Counted from the stretch's first letter, positions 13,780 to 27,301 are shown. The stretch: 64,000 nucleotides of DNA from Kudoa neothunni (GCA_964304625.1 OZ199838.1:3918705-3982704); one strand, 5' to 3'. Notes: generated by a model not told the origin, from the letters alone. Program-made: numbers and translations.

Positions 13780-14548
13780 ATCCTCCAAATAAAAATGAAG
13801 TATAAATCTATCTCAAGTTGTTATTTTGTTGAATTGTTTTAAATAAAATTAGGCATTGATTGAAAAAATATTAGGACAATTTATTGGGCGAATTATGAAT
13901 AAACAGTCAAGTCAATTATTAAGGTTATTCTAATTGCGCATGCGTGATATTTGTTATATTTCTTTGGAATATGATTGTATTTATGGCTTGGTTTCCTCAA
14001 TTTTTTTGTTTAAACAAATAATTGAACAAATTTCAATTAATTTATCTTATTTTAAACAACGTGATGTAATATTGCGCGGAAATACATAAAGTGATATCAA
14101 ACATTGATTATTTCATAAAACAGTTATCATATATGTTTTTTAATACTTTCCGCAGTAAGAGAATAAGGAAACTGATGAAGAGTTATCGTACTTATGCTAA
14201 TAAGTATAAGAGTCATTAGAATCTTAGGAGATGATTACATGCTTATATAGATGTTGTGTATGTGGGCGAGCATCGCTTCTATTGTTTTTGGTTATTTTTT
14301 TTGATATTTTAACTAATTGTTCAAAAGAAAAATGTGGGTAAATTTCTACCCCAATTTTATTTGGAGGGTGTTTTTACATTACCATATTTTATGTACGGTG
14401 AAATAAAATTTCAATATATTTTTCTTAATCTTCATAATGATAGGGAATTAAAAAATCGGATAAGATTTTTTTTTTTCATTAATACGTTATAATAATGTTG
14501 GCAACAATTTACTTGAAGTAGAAATCTACATCATTTTATTTGGAGGAT
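13780..14548. mobile_element. Inverted-repeat (MITE-like) element, probably piggyBac-derived
   Basis: ATCCTCCAAATAAAAATGAAGTATAAATCTA... is inverse to ...AGTAGAAATCTACATCATTTTATTTGGAGGAT-TAA. Related subterminal motifs (TACCCC, GGAGGATGGAA) at ~14340, ~23090 and ~25080-25270. Confidence 0.45.
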
Positions 14549-15042
14549 TAAGAATGTAATAACTTTGCACAATTTCTTTAATGCATATTAATATTAGACT
14601 TAGGAATAAAATATATGATTAAAGTTAAAAGATTTTTGAATTCAAAGTTGCGCAATATTTTACTCAGTTAAGTGAATCCTAGTAGCTTTGTTATTGGTAC
14701 AAAAATTAGGCATCATTCGAATAACAACAAAAAATTGTATTCAAATTCTAAAATATCATTAAATAATGATTTTTAATAAAAAAATTAATTTATTAATAGG
14801 TTTAATTATTTTAATTATCTTAATTAAAAATTTATTAAAGCTAATGTTTATAATATGCTTAAAATGCTCCGCAAACTTCCATAGTTCAAAAAAAGGAGGA
14901 CGATTAATTTTCCTCTTTCATCTTAACGGTATGTTTTCTTAACAACTTTTTATAATTTTATATAATTTTAATTTTAGTAAGAAAAATATTGAGAATAAAT
15001 TGATTGTCTCTGCGCACGCGCACTATTAAAGAAAGACACGCT

Positions 15043-18000
15043 ATGGCAGATGAGGATCAAGTCAAACGCTACCCAAAAAAGAAAATAGTTTTGTTGATTG
15101 GTTATAGTGGCATAGGATATAGCGGGATGCAACAGTGATTTCTCTTTTTAATTTCAACGTATAATTCGACTCAATATTCATAATACAGCCAAAATAATGA
15201 TAGCAACGTTTAAAACGATCGAATCGGAATTATTCAAGGCGTTTGAGTTGTCGAACGCAGTGATAAAGCAGAATTTGGAAAATACCAACAAGGTAATGAG
15301 TTATATTAATAGATTAGATTCAGGATTATGTATTTTTTTTTCTAATATAAATTTAACAATAATTATTTGTATCCCGTTTCAATATAATTCGATTTAGATG
15401 AGTTTTCAAAGATGTTCTAGAACAGACAAAAATGTGTCAGCGATGCGTCAAGTAGTTTCTCTTAAAGTAAATCATTTTATGTGTATTTTTGATTCGAGTG
15501 TAATTATTCATTTTTCCAAATGAAGGCTAACATGATACCAGACATCGTGGATGAAGTCAACAAATATCTTCCGTCAAATATCAGAGTGTTTGGTAGGTTT
15601 TAAATTTATGTACGATTTTGATTACACAATTTCTAGACATGATCAGGGTGAGCAAGAGTTTCAACTCGAAAAATATGTGTAGTGGTCGTACCTACAGATA
15701 TGTGTTGCCATCGTTTGCATTTACAAAAAATGTAAGTATATTGTAGGTTGATTTATAGTGAGTTTTTTTTGGTTTATGCTGTAGGGCACTGAGAGAAGTG
15801 TGAGATTAACTGGTAAGAGATTTTTCTGTCTAATTTTTATACCATGTGTGCGTTGGAATAGATGAAAGTATCGATTATATTAACCTGCTTTTTTCAAAAT
15901 ATATTGGTACATTAAATTTTGCAAATTTTACCGCTGGAAAGTATTTGACATTGTTGTTATAGTATGATGGTGATTTTGATTATTATTGATTGTATAGAGA
16001 ATTTAATGATAAAAGTTGCATGCGATACATCACTAGTTTCAAGGTATTAAATCAAATTATCCTCCTGTTCCAAAATATTTTCTAATCAAGCTTACCGAAA
16101 CCTTTCTTGTTGGTGATTGTGAAATGGTCGATATCAGAATTTATGGTCAGAGTTTCATGCTTCATCAGATAAGGAAAATGATTGGTAATCATTTGAATTG
16201 AGTCATCCAAATCTTGATCATTCAAACTGTAGGATTCATTATTTGTATTATTCGTGGGTTCTTTACCGAAGATGATCTTATTCAGGCATTCAAAGAGAGA
16301 AATGTATTCCTATATTATTTGTTTGTTTTATACGCAGTTACTAATTATAATCTAACTGAATTAATTACTTTGTAACTATCCATTTTAGCGATACTATAAA
16401 ACACTTTTAATGCTACTATTATTTAGACTAGAATTCCTCTAGCTCCTGGATTTGGCTTAATGCTTTATAAAGTAATTTTATTATTATTATTATTATCAAT
16501 CAGAATAGTCATTTTTGCTTTATTATTAAACCATGCGATTCGCGTATCATTGTTTTCGGCCAAAAAATCTCTTTAATATAAAACCAAAAATTTGTTAAAA
16601 ATTCGCAATAATTGTCGCTCATTCGAAATTTGGTAAAATAAAGAGTCGATCATTAAAATTGAAACGCATATACGCGTTGTAAATCACAGAGTTCGAATAT
16701 AATGTTGCAGTTTAGAACTTGTGATTATTTGTATACAGTAGGGAATCGATTTTCCGAAATCCCCTTGGGACCAACGGAAAGTTACTGAAAATGAATCATT
16801 GACCGATTTTACACATTTTTTTGATTCGTGCAGGGGCAACTAAAATATTTTGTAGTGAAGTAATATAATAAAGTGCACAATTGTTAGTCTTTAGACGGAT
16901 TTTTATCTTTTTAACATAATTTGGAGAAATACTTTTGTAGATGGACTTTGAAAAATAAATTATTCGTTTATTGGGAGATAGTAGTTAATTTGTTGAGATT
17001 TTTTAACGATACGAGAATGTAATAAAATTTATTTTCGTGATTAGAAGTAGAGCCACAGAGATATACATATAAATTGTTAACAATACTTTTGAAATTACTA
17101 TTTTAAAAAATTAGGTATATGTTAAATGTTTCATCATCACTCTCGTCTGCTTATTTTACTCAAATTGGACGAGAAATTGTTCATTGTCGTCAAATTATCG
17201 TCAATTCTTGTGATGACAAATCAAAATACGATCTGAACAACTCTAGGAATGGGCGTATAAAATTAGCTCATAGATCATTTAGATCTCTTTTCTAGATGTG
17301 AATTGGATTTCAGACGTAAATCAAAGCTTATCTTTGAAAATTTGTACATATTAAAATAATTTGATGTTGTTTTGTTGATTGAATAGTATAATTTTATATA
17401 ATTGTATAAAAAAGGCCGGTAGGAGATCTTGCGGCAATAGCATTCAATTAGTTCAATTAGTTATGGTAACAGTTTTGAGTGCGTAAATATCCACTCAAGA
17501 AGATTGATCATTTTAAATTAAGTCGTGACCAATAACTGTAAAGTCTTCTATAATTAATAAATTTTTTTGGATTGAACTTTATTATTAATTTTGTTACACA
17601 TTTGATCGTCTATGATAAATCGGTTTTAGACTATAATGCCTTTCATCAATTATAAGTTATAGCCAAAAATTATTATTTGATCCTTTTTCTAGAATGTGCC
17701 TTTTGAGTAAATCCAAACTATTTTACGCGAGGAAATCAACTCAACATTACTTTTTTAGGAGTTTTCCAAGCAAAAATAGGTACGAGATCAAAATAATTAA
17801 ATGTACACGATTGATTAGCTTTCATTCGTGAATTTTTGCTGGAATTTATTATATCACATTTGAATTATTTATGAAATATGACTGTGATATCAGCGATGAT
17901 ATTTTTTTAATGAATAATAATTTATTTGGTAATGACGTCATTAATTCTACAGTGGCGGCTGGTCGGTCGTAAACCAATTGGGGCCAAGAAAAAATTACTC

Positions 18001-19531
18001 ACTACACGTACAATACCTGTGGTGAGTAATTGATAAGATTGCGCTCGCTATAATACTAAGGAGGAAAACCCGCTATAAATCAACTACAATGAGAAATTAT
18101 TTCATGTAAATTACTCAGTTATAGTAGTATTTTTAAGTTTTCTGACAATTATATTGTGTACTTCTCGTTCAATATCCGTTTAATCTTTATAACTACGGAA
18201 TGCAATTTTCAACGTTTATTCTGCGATAAAAAGGTCACCACCTTCAAAAATAATAAGATCAGTTTGTGACACTTTATTATAATTCCGTTGCAATTTACAC
18301 ATAAAATGAGAATAATGTAGAAAACGTTTAAAACTCGTTCGTTAGAATTGGCGCGCATAATAAACGTCGAAAACTACGATCCCTATTTTATAACTATATA
18401 AAGTATGAATTTCAAGTAATATCTTAAATCGGACAAATGAGAGAGGCATTTTCGAATGGAATATTTTTTCGTCCTCTATCGTCAAATTTATGAAACTTGG
18501 CATTTCTGTGACAATTACCATATCTTATAAAATCACCAATGTTAGCGTCATTTTCAATATTGTTTCCGATCCATGCCTTCCCTATAAAGTTTTGGAAAAA
18601 CTTTATTATTTAATATTTCTCGTTTAATGTCCTAACCCCAATTTGTGTTTCTATCCTCCATTTCGCCATCTATCGAAAATAACAATCTCAGTCCACCAAA
18701 AAAGTTACGAACTACACGTCACTACAAAATAATCTGGAATAACCATAATTAATGAATTTAAAAATGTTTTATTAATATTCTCAATGATCAAATAATTTTT
18801 TTAAATAGTTTTTAACAATAAATAACTTGTAATAATCATATGTGTACGTTAATTTTGTGATATTTCCTCAAATTACGAACTACGCGTCACTACGAACTAC
18901 GAACCGAACCACACATCATGTCACCTACTGTACCAATTTTGTATGCGATGCGCGTTACAAATGATTCACGTATAAGGCGCATTTAACACTTAGGCAATAT
19001 GGAAGTATGGAAGTATGTGTGCCTAATTTTTGGCGGTAACCTTAATCCCTTAAAAAATTAACTGCACAATATCAGTATTTTAAATCTGTAGACATCTCAG
19101 TACATCATTCTACCCAATCAAACTAATTAAGAAATTAATGCGGACACATTTCTTATGGCGAATATTGCGGAGTTTGTTTGTTATTGAGTTGGTATTAATA
19201 TCAATTGTGACAAAATGCCAATAAAATAACCGAAAATTGTCCCCCTAGCAATCTACTAATATTCATTTTGATAGACTCACTTCGAAGGTTACAACAAACG
19301 CTGCACCAAAGGACCATTACTTAACAAACCTCTGGAATGGCGTACTGAGATAGAAGTAATGCATACACGCGAATTTATTTATCTATTTTAATTTAGGAAA
19401 AAGTGATAAACTTCACAGAACAAATCATAGAAAAGTCGATCGTAGAATATGAACTAGCGGAGGACGCTACCGCAAAATGGTTGAAAATTTTAGAGGAAGT
19501 TCACTTTGTGAAGAATCACATCGATTGTTGA
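15043..19531 (+). CDS. PUS1: tRNA pseudouridine synthase 1 (TruA family), 13 coding exons
   Basis: Exons 15043-15134, 15189-15292, 15398-15466, 15526-15592, 15637-15731, 15785-15812, 15862-15940, 15998-16043, 16091-16184, 16233-16303, 16427-16471, 19275-19355, 19397-19531. Motifs KKKIVLLIGYSGIGYSGMQ, KTIE, SFQRCSRTDKNVSA (catalytic Asp), GQSFMLHQIRKMIG, IPLAPGFGL. One +1 correction needed at ~15210. Confidence 0.92.
16736..18930. mobile_element. Probable Tc1/mariner-pogo-type element(s) filling the 2.8-kb PUS1 intron
   Basis: TA|CAGTAGG at 16734 and CCTACTG|TA at 18924-18932. Internal repeated TTACGAACTAC-CGTCACTAC at ~18705 and ~18873. The two ends may belong to different elements. Confidence 0.4.
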
Positions 19532-19740
19532 TATTTAATATTCCACAGAGGACTTTAGTTGTATAGCTACATGTGTGAATGTTGTGATAGTTTATGGTTG
19601 GTTTTTGATCGCACGCAGCACTTTTTAAGCTTTAACTTGTACAATTATTAAGCGCCTTTGAGCACGCGCGTCAATAATAATCTCTGTTTGAGTGCGGGAG
19701 GTTCTAGTAGGATTGATTGATTCGATTCGGTTCGGTTCTA

Positions 19741-22366
19741 ATGCATCAGTTTTCAACCAAAAAAAAGCCCACCGACTATCCAATATCTTCAGCTTATCAA
19801 TCGAAAAAAGATGACGATATTGTTATCGTGGATCCTACCAGTAAAAAGCGTTACACAAGATTGAAATTTTTAGGCAAAGTATGCCACCGATTTCGCGTTG
19901 TTAAGCTACAACTGGTTGATTGTTGTATAGGGTGGATTTGCTAGATGTTATGAGGTGAAAAATGAAAACGAAAAGATTTTAGCTTGTAAAATTGTCTCCA
20001 AATCACTTCTGGTGAAACCCCACCAAAAAGCAAAAGTATACTCAATCACCTACTAGTTGATTTAATACATTTTTAAGATGGCCAGCGAGATTACTATTCA
20101 TAGATCGTTAACTCATCAGAATGTTGTTCAGTTTAACAGTTATTTTGAAGATAAAGATAATGTGTACGTACTGTTGGAGATTTGTCGTAATCGAGTAAGT
20201 TTTTTTTATTCTATACGCATAAAAGTTTACTTATTGTCAGCTGAATCATTAAATGAATAAATTTGCTGAGTTTAATTAAATAATTAATTAAACTAAATAG
20301 TCGTTGATGGAATTACACAAGAGAAGACGCTGCCTTACCGACCCTGAAGTTAGATTCTACTTCCGACAAATTATAGAAGGTTGCGCTTATCTGCACGATA
20401 CCAACGTCATCCATAGAGATCTCAAATTGGGAAATCTATTCTTGGATGATGATCTACGAGTGAAAATCGGAGACTTTGGTTTGGCCACCAAAATTGAATT
20501 TCCTGGTGAACGTAAAAGGTAATGTGTTAAACAAATCTTTCTATTTGTTATATGCAATTAATTATCTCGACTAATATATCTAGAACTCTATGTGGCACGC
20601 CCAACTACATTGCACCTGAAGTTTTGAACAAACGAGGGCACAGCTTCGAAGTTGATGTGTGGTCAGCGGGATGTATTCTTTATACTTTGTTGGTGGGTAC
20701 ACCTCCGTTCGAAACGGCTTCGCTCACCGAAACATACAATCGAATCAAAAAAAACGATTACACAATACCGTCAAGAGTGCCTAGATTGGCTCAAAATCTT
20801 ATCGTTAAAATGCTCCAAAAAGAACCTTCTGCCAGACCTACTATGCACGCAGTATCATCTATTGATACAGTTTATAGTTTTAAGTTTGTGTGTGTATAGA
20901 TTCTGTTGGACAGTTACTTCACTGAGCAATCGATTCCACAATCGTTACCACTTAGTTCGTTGACCGTGGCTCCTCGTTACGATGAACCCATCAACAAACC
21001 AATTCCAAGACCTCTCGGCAATTTCACCGGTGTCACCACCGCCAACAGCAACACCGCTGCCACCCAACGAAATGCAATCATCCAACAGCAGAATTTGGCC
21101 AGCAATCGTCTTGGTAGCAACGTCCATACTGTACAAAACTTTGCCAACAATCAAATGATCCAATTGCGATGGTTCCCCGCCCTCCCAGTCGCTAAAACAC
21201 CCACCACTCCAACCAACCCCAATCGTGATGCACATGCTGTGAGAGTTCAAGATGGAACTCTAACTACCATCGACGATTTTGATTCTGAAAACGATTTGAA
21301 TGGTAAATCTACAATGTGAATAACTCACATGCAATCACATTGATTTAGAACCCAAAGACTGCTACCTCAATGAACTAATGTCAACACTGTTACGACTTGT
21401 TAATATGAGACCCGACAAATATCCTCAAATTCAATTAGGTTTGTCACTAGTTAAAACTTTACTAAAATATAGGTTCACTTATAATTTTTTATCGACAAAT
21501 TTCTATAGATGAAGCTGAAGATCCTAAATACACCCCGCTCTATTGGGTTAGCAAATGGGTTGACTATTCCGAAAAATACGGCCTTGGTTACGAACTGTCC
21601 GATAACAGTATTGGTGTTTTCTTCAACGATGTCACTCAAATTATAAGTCTTCATGGAAAAACGTAATCCATCCTATTCTATTGTTTTCTATGTGTGTGTG
21701 TGATTGTTAACCCTTGTGCTGCGTGTAGTGACATTGGTACCTACATTGATATCGATGGCACTGAAACATGTCTTAAAATGGCACTTGCTCCTTCTGAAAT
21801 GTCAAAAAAAGTGACTATCTTCCAAAACTTTTATCACTATATGGAAGCCAATCTTATTAGCGTATTTTTATGTTATGTGAATATTGTAGTCAATTTCTAT
21901 TGATGTAGACTGGTGCCGATGTTAGCATAGAGAGAAATGCCGAGGTTGCTCGTCTTCCTTACCTTCGTCTTTGGGTTAGAAATGATGATGTTATTATTTT
22001 CCAGCTCACCTGTGGCATATTGCAAGTATGCTAATAAGTTCGTGTGACTACAATTGTTTCTTTGTTTAAAAGAATTAAATGACTATTGCTTCTATGTTTT
22101 TCGCTCTTTTGTTCTATTTTCCCATTCCAACAACTAATACTTATTTATATCTGTAGGCAAACTTTTTCAAAGATCACACCAAACTCATCATTTGCCCCCG
22201 TATGAATGCCGTCACTTACATCGATGAAGTGAGAACTTTCAAAACCTATCCAATTGTTTCACTCGAACGCTACGGTTGCAGCTCGTCGATCATCTCAAGA
22301 ATACGTTATGTTTTAATTGTTCTCAAAAAAGTTGTTTCCGCCACCACTTCCGCCACCGCCAAATAA
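19741..22366 (+). CDS. PLK1: Polo-like kinase 1, 11 exons, intact
   Basis: Exons 19741-19878, 19931-20035, 20078-20194, 20301-20518, 20584-20851, 20900-21302, 21349-21438, 21509-21662, 21729-21861, 21909-22025, 22157-22366. Kinase motifs [41 protein letters not shown]; polo boxes [13 protein letters not shown] and NFFKDHTKL. Confidence 0.96.
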
Positions 22367-22584
22367 CAAAGCGCTGTATTTTCTTCATCTCCACCCTAAC
22401 TAATATAGATAGTATATTTATACTCGAATTCGATTATAATATCTTTCCTGTGCGATTTGTTGTTTTGATACTTTTGTTTTTCTGTGCTGATAATCGCCTT
22501 CATGTTAATCTGTAAATCAACTATCTTTAAATCGCTTTTAATCTTCTGTGCGCCTCAAAATCGACTTTACACTATACACTAGGG

Positions 22585-24416
22585 CAGTGTTTCCCACCCT
22601 TTTTTAGCCGTGACCCATTTTTTCCAAAAAAATATCCTGGGACCCAGGAAACATTTCAAGTGCTTACTAGAATTAAAAGTTATTTTTTGAACCATCTTTA
22701 TATCCAGTATTATATATGATAATTTAAATCGTATACTTTATCCTAATTATTTTTACTCCGTTAATCTAAAAATATTGTTTAGCACTAATTTTACTACTCA
22801 CTCTTTTAAAGCAATAATATTTCACTTGAAACCAATATTATTAAACCATTAGGCTACTCCTTTTTCGACTTATCACATTAGGTTTTTAATGATATTCTCG
22901 CATTTTACTTATTTTAAATATAATTTTCCTTATTGCATCTAAAATATGTGAAAAAATCATATGCAAGTCAAATTGTTTTGAAATAATTCATTCCAATTTT
23001 CTTCTTAAATTAAAATTTGCGCTATTTTCCTATAATTATTAAACGTACCATATAATAAAAACCTGGCTAAAATATATGTTCAGATCATGCCCCCAACAAA
23101 ATTCCATCCTCTAACAGGCTTGGAATGATAAATATCCCAGAGTTTTTTGTTTACATTAATTTGAAAAGTTATAAATAATTAAATGTGAAACCCCTGTAAA
23201 ATCCCATCGACACATTTCCAGGAAAATCTGCAATTAGTATCCCACCTAATCTAATGGGGCATTCTTCGTCGATCGCTCGAAAGTTTCCATTGGTATAATA
23301 TTGAGGTTCTCCTATCAGATGGACAGAGAAACATCGATTTCGTCGCATATATCAGGTTTTAATAACTAGCACGTGTTTATTTTTGAATTATAATGTTGAA
23401 GAATACTTCCTCGGAGATTTTATTTTAATATGCGCCAATTTGGGTTATATAGATGAATGGGATTATTTAAGCAAGAAGCTTGGACTAGTTGGGCTATTCT
23501 GGTGAATTAGATAACTTGTTTTTTACATTACATAACGCGAAGCCTTATTATTCGTTGAAATTAACCCACGATAATTGAGTCGAACCAGATTAAGTTTTGT
23601 AATAGACGTAAATATACTCCAAATTCTATCTATATAATCTACCAAAAATTCTCTAGTAAATTCAAAATTATTTATTGAGTAATTTTAAGCAAAAAAAGCC
23701 CGGGGTGTTTTTCACCTCAAGCCAGTGAGAGAATGGATATTTCGCTAGATTAGAGGGTTGTTGAACACTTTTGGTGGGTGGGACGCAGAAAATCCTGAGC
23801 ATTTATGTAGCGTGAATAATGGTGAGATATTAGGCGGCATGAGGCACTTCGAAATCCATTCCTCGATTCTCAATCTCGTTTATTTTTAAATTACTCTTAA
23901 TATAAAGAACAATACCGCAATTATTAATTATATACAAATAAATAATAACATTCAAATGGCCTTAACTCAAATTGAAGCAGAATGGTTTTAAACCCAATCA
24001 GGTCTCATTTTTAGTCGTGATCTCCCCTGTTTTTGATTTAACCTAATATAATATTGTTTAATTGTAGATCTAGATTATTTCTTTTGGGTTTATAAGACCT
24101 GTATACATGAAAGTCTTGCTTCATGCGACTTAGATTACAACGAGTTTCAGTTAACACTGTTATTGACGGAATGAAAAACTAAAGATGTTGATTCTTAAGG
24201 TCCATCGATAAATTCAGTTAGATATGATCGAATACAACTTAATTTTAGTAAGAAAAAAACATATATTAACCATATTTAGATTTGGATGTGATATGAAGCT
24301 TGAATCAAAATTATAAGCAGTTTAAATTAAAAAATCAATACTTTTGAAAAATGAGGAGCGCAGGACTTTCTATCAAGAAAAAGTTGGTATGATAGAAAAA
24401 AGGTTGGGGAACACTG
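22585..24416 (+). mobile_element. Non-autonomous Buster-type hAT element
   Basis: TIR CAGTGTTTCCCA / TGGGGAACACTG; 8-bp TSD CACTAGGG/CATTAGGG. The 3' ~650 bp is similar to 50430-51060, and this copy carries ~1.1 kb of extra internal sequence. Confidence 0.85.
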
Positions 24417-26715
24417 CATTAGGGGCTTTTAAGGTCAAATTAACCCCGAATTTTTATTGCATCTTTGAATGCAATAAATAATTTCGTAATCATAGGTAAA
24501 ATTAAACAAGAATTTATCGACAAGTTTATGTCGTACTTTCGCCAAGATTTACACTGTGTATATACGAAATATTCCCAATTCGTGGGAATTTGTCGACTTC
24601 GACTTTATCGTACCGAATTAATGAGATAACTCAATTTTTGAGATGTTAAATTACGTAAAAAATTTTTTACTAAAAATATTGATATACTGAGTTCTTCCGT
24701 AACGTGAGTAACAAGTTAGTTTCCTACGTTAAGCAACCACTTTTATGCATTTGGACGAATACATGAATAATATTAATTTTTTATATCACCCTTTGGTTAT
24801 AATTAAGACTGCAAACATTATTCTTCTAGAAAACGCCTTCCAATATTCATCGATCTCATAATATTTATTACGAGACGTATCTGTCGTATCACTGCAGCCG
24901 CTATCCAGGTAATCCATTTTCGGAGGGGAGGTGATGCGCGCGAGTTATATGAACTAAATTATGTGATTTGATAGGAATTAAGAACGGTGTATCTTAAAAT
25001 CTCCCCGTCATAAAGTGCTCAACTTTGCTAAAATTTCTTGAAACATATTTATGTTTAATTTTGGCAGTGAAAAAAAGGGGATTTTTACCCCAAAAATACA
25101 TCGGAGGATGGAAATTGTATAACTCCGCTATTATATTATATGTGCTCATAATTTTGTTATCGGAAATCCAATATAATATTTTCGAGGAATAGGTAAAATC
25201 TTAGAATTTACGACCTCCGAAATATGGAGAAATTAGCAAAACAATATCTTATTGGGGTATTTTTTACCCCAAATCCATTAGGTGATAATCGCCGATTTAC
25301 TTCAAATTTTTAATGGTAGAGTATTCTATATGCACGTCGTGCAATTGGTTTAGAATCGTTAATTGAAATGTTAAAAGACATTTTTAGCAGCCGGTAGCCC
25401 GAGAATATTATCATAAAAAATATCTCAGTATTTTTCGAGAATTTTGCCCAGGTTTACTGTAGAGTTCCGATTACTCCTTTGCTCGATGGAGCAAGTACTC
25501 ACATTTGAAGTCGTTTTATTTTGTATTTTGATTTCAATGATCGAGTGAGAACCGATAAATCTCACGGTAATGGCGGAGTATACGCCCAACCAAAATCGGT
25601 CTGTTCCGCATGATCAACATCCCGATTTTATTAAAAAGTTATTGTACACGTTTTCATAAATATTGACTGAACTGGGAAAACTCAAAAATCATTAACTTGA
25701 AAAATATAACACATGCCTTCGGGTTAAATAGGTACGCGCGCACGCTTAAGTTGGATCTACAACTACTGTGCCTTAAACTAATGTTTACACATTGAATTCA
25801 CTAGTATAATCTATATATAGTAGAGTTATATTTTAAAATGTAAATCAAACATTGAATAATGAAAAAAAAAGTACGTAGCCAACCTACAATTTTCCCCTTT
25901 GCACATGCGCATTCATCGAACTTCGTTTAACCGAAATTTCAGTATCTGAAAGGAAAATGCCAGGTCTCAGCATTTTCGGATAAACGGGTTCGACTGTACA
26001 TTTTTAAGAGTACAAAAGCTTCTATTATTAGAATCGTTATTCATGATCTATTTGATAAATTAAATAATAATTGTTGATGTATTAAGATTTGGAGGCGTTT
26101 ATAAGGCCATCTATATAACAAGTGTGATCATATGCTTGTAGATTTATAAATCAATTGCTTTTTATGAATTATGTTAATACATACAATTTCATTAAAATCT
26201 ATCAGTTAATTTTAGAGGTATTAATTGCCTGTGGAATAGCCACTGCCAAATGAAAATCGCATGTTAGGTGTCTATTTTTAAGATTGTTTCACATATTCGT
26301 AAAAATCTAGTAGAACGCATCACAATGAATACGGCATATAACTGTATTACAAGCATTTTTGTTTATGCGTAGCAGCCCTCTGTGAAAAATTTAAGTAATA
26401 TTTATAGATAAATAAGTGTGTCGATAAAGTTGTATTTACACATGATGAGCTATATCTTTTCCTTATCTAATTATTTCGGACGATAAGAAAAAATCGACCA
26501 GATTAATAATAGATTAATGGTGTGGCGGTTTGAGAAAGTGCAAAACTACCTTTGGGTTAAGGTGGAATAGCGTGAAAATCACAGTATTAATCCTATCAAA
26601 ACATAATTATTAATTACGTGGGTGTTCGTTTGAACGAATTCTACGGATCGGTGTTTGCTTTGGCCCTTACATTGTAAACATTTAGTGCTAAGAAAAACTA
26701 ACACCAAGTTTTACA

Positions 26716-27217
26716 ATGAAATGGAATTATAAGATGGAAAATAGTTTTGGTAAGTAAATTGGGCTAGCACTTAATTTTCATACAATAATTAGAAGACCGA
26801 AAGGCTGAATCTGAGAAGATCATGTCTATTTACCCCGATAGACTTCCAGTAATTGTCCAAAAGGTACCAACGTCAGTTGTACCCGATATAAACAAGAATA
26901 AATTTCTTATACCCGACGACTTGAGTGGTAACAACAACAGCAAATGCCATTTTCATTTGAGCATTAATTTCTCTTTAGTGGCACAATTCATCTACATCAT
27001 TCGACAAAGGATTCAATTAGAACCCGAAATGGCTATGTTTATATTTGTTGGGAATGTTATGCCTGCAGCATCGTATCCAATTATCTGTTAATTAACGATA
27101 TGATTAATGGAGCTTTTTGTTAGTGATACGATTTTTAATTTGTACGAGAGAAGTGCTGATGATGATGGATTTTTGTATGTGGCTTATGGAGGAGAATCAA
27201 CTTTTGGTTTAGAATGA
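26716..27217 (+). CDS. ATG8: ATG8-family ubiquitin-like protein, GABARAPL2/GATE-16 type
   Basis: Exons 26716-26749, 26793-26927, 26979-27072, 27124-27217. MKWNYK...YPDRLPVIVQK...KNKFLIPDDLSVAQFIYIIRQRIQL...DGFLYVAYGGESTFG-LE*; the conjugation Gly is followed by a 2-aa tail. Confidence 0.93.
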
Positions 27218-27301
27218 TGTTTTACTTTGCAAACAATATTTTCTTTAAAGCGCACATGCATATTTATGTGATAGACGGTTGTGTAAATACAATTGTTTTA
27301 A

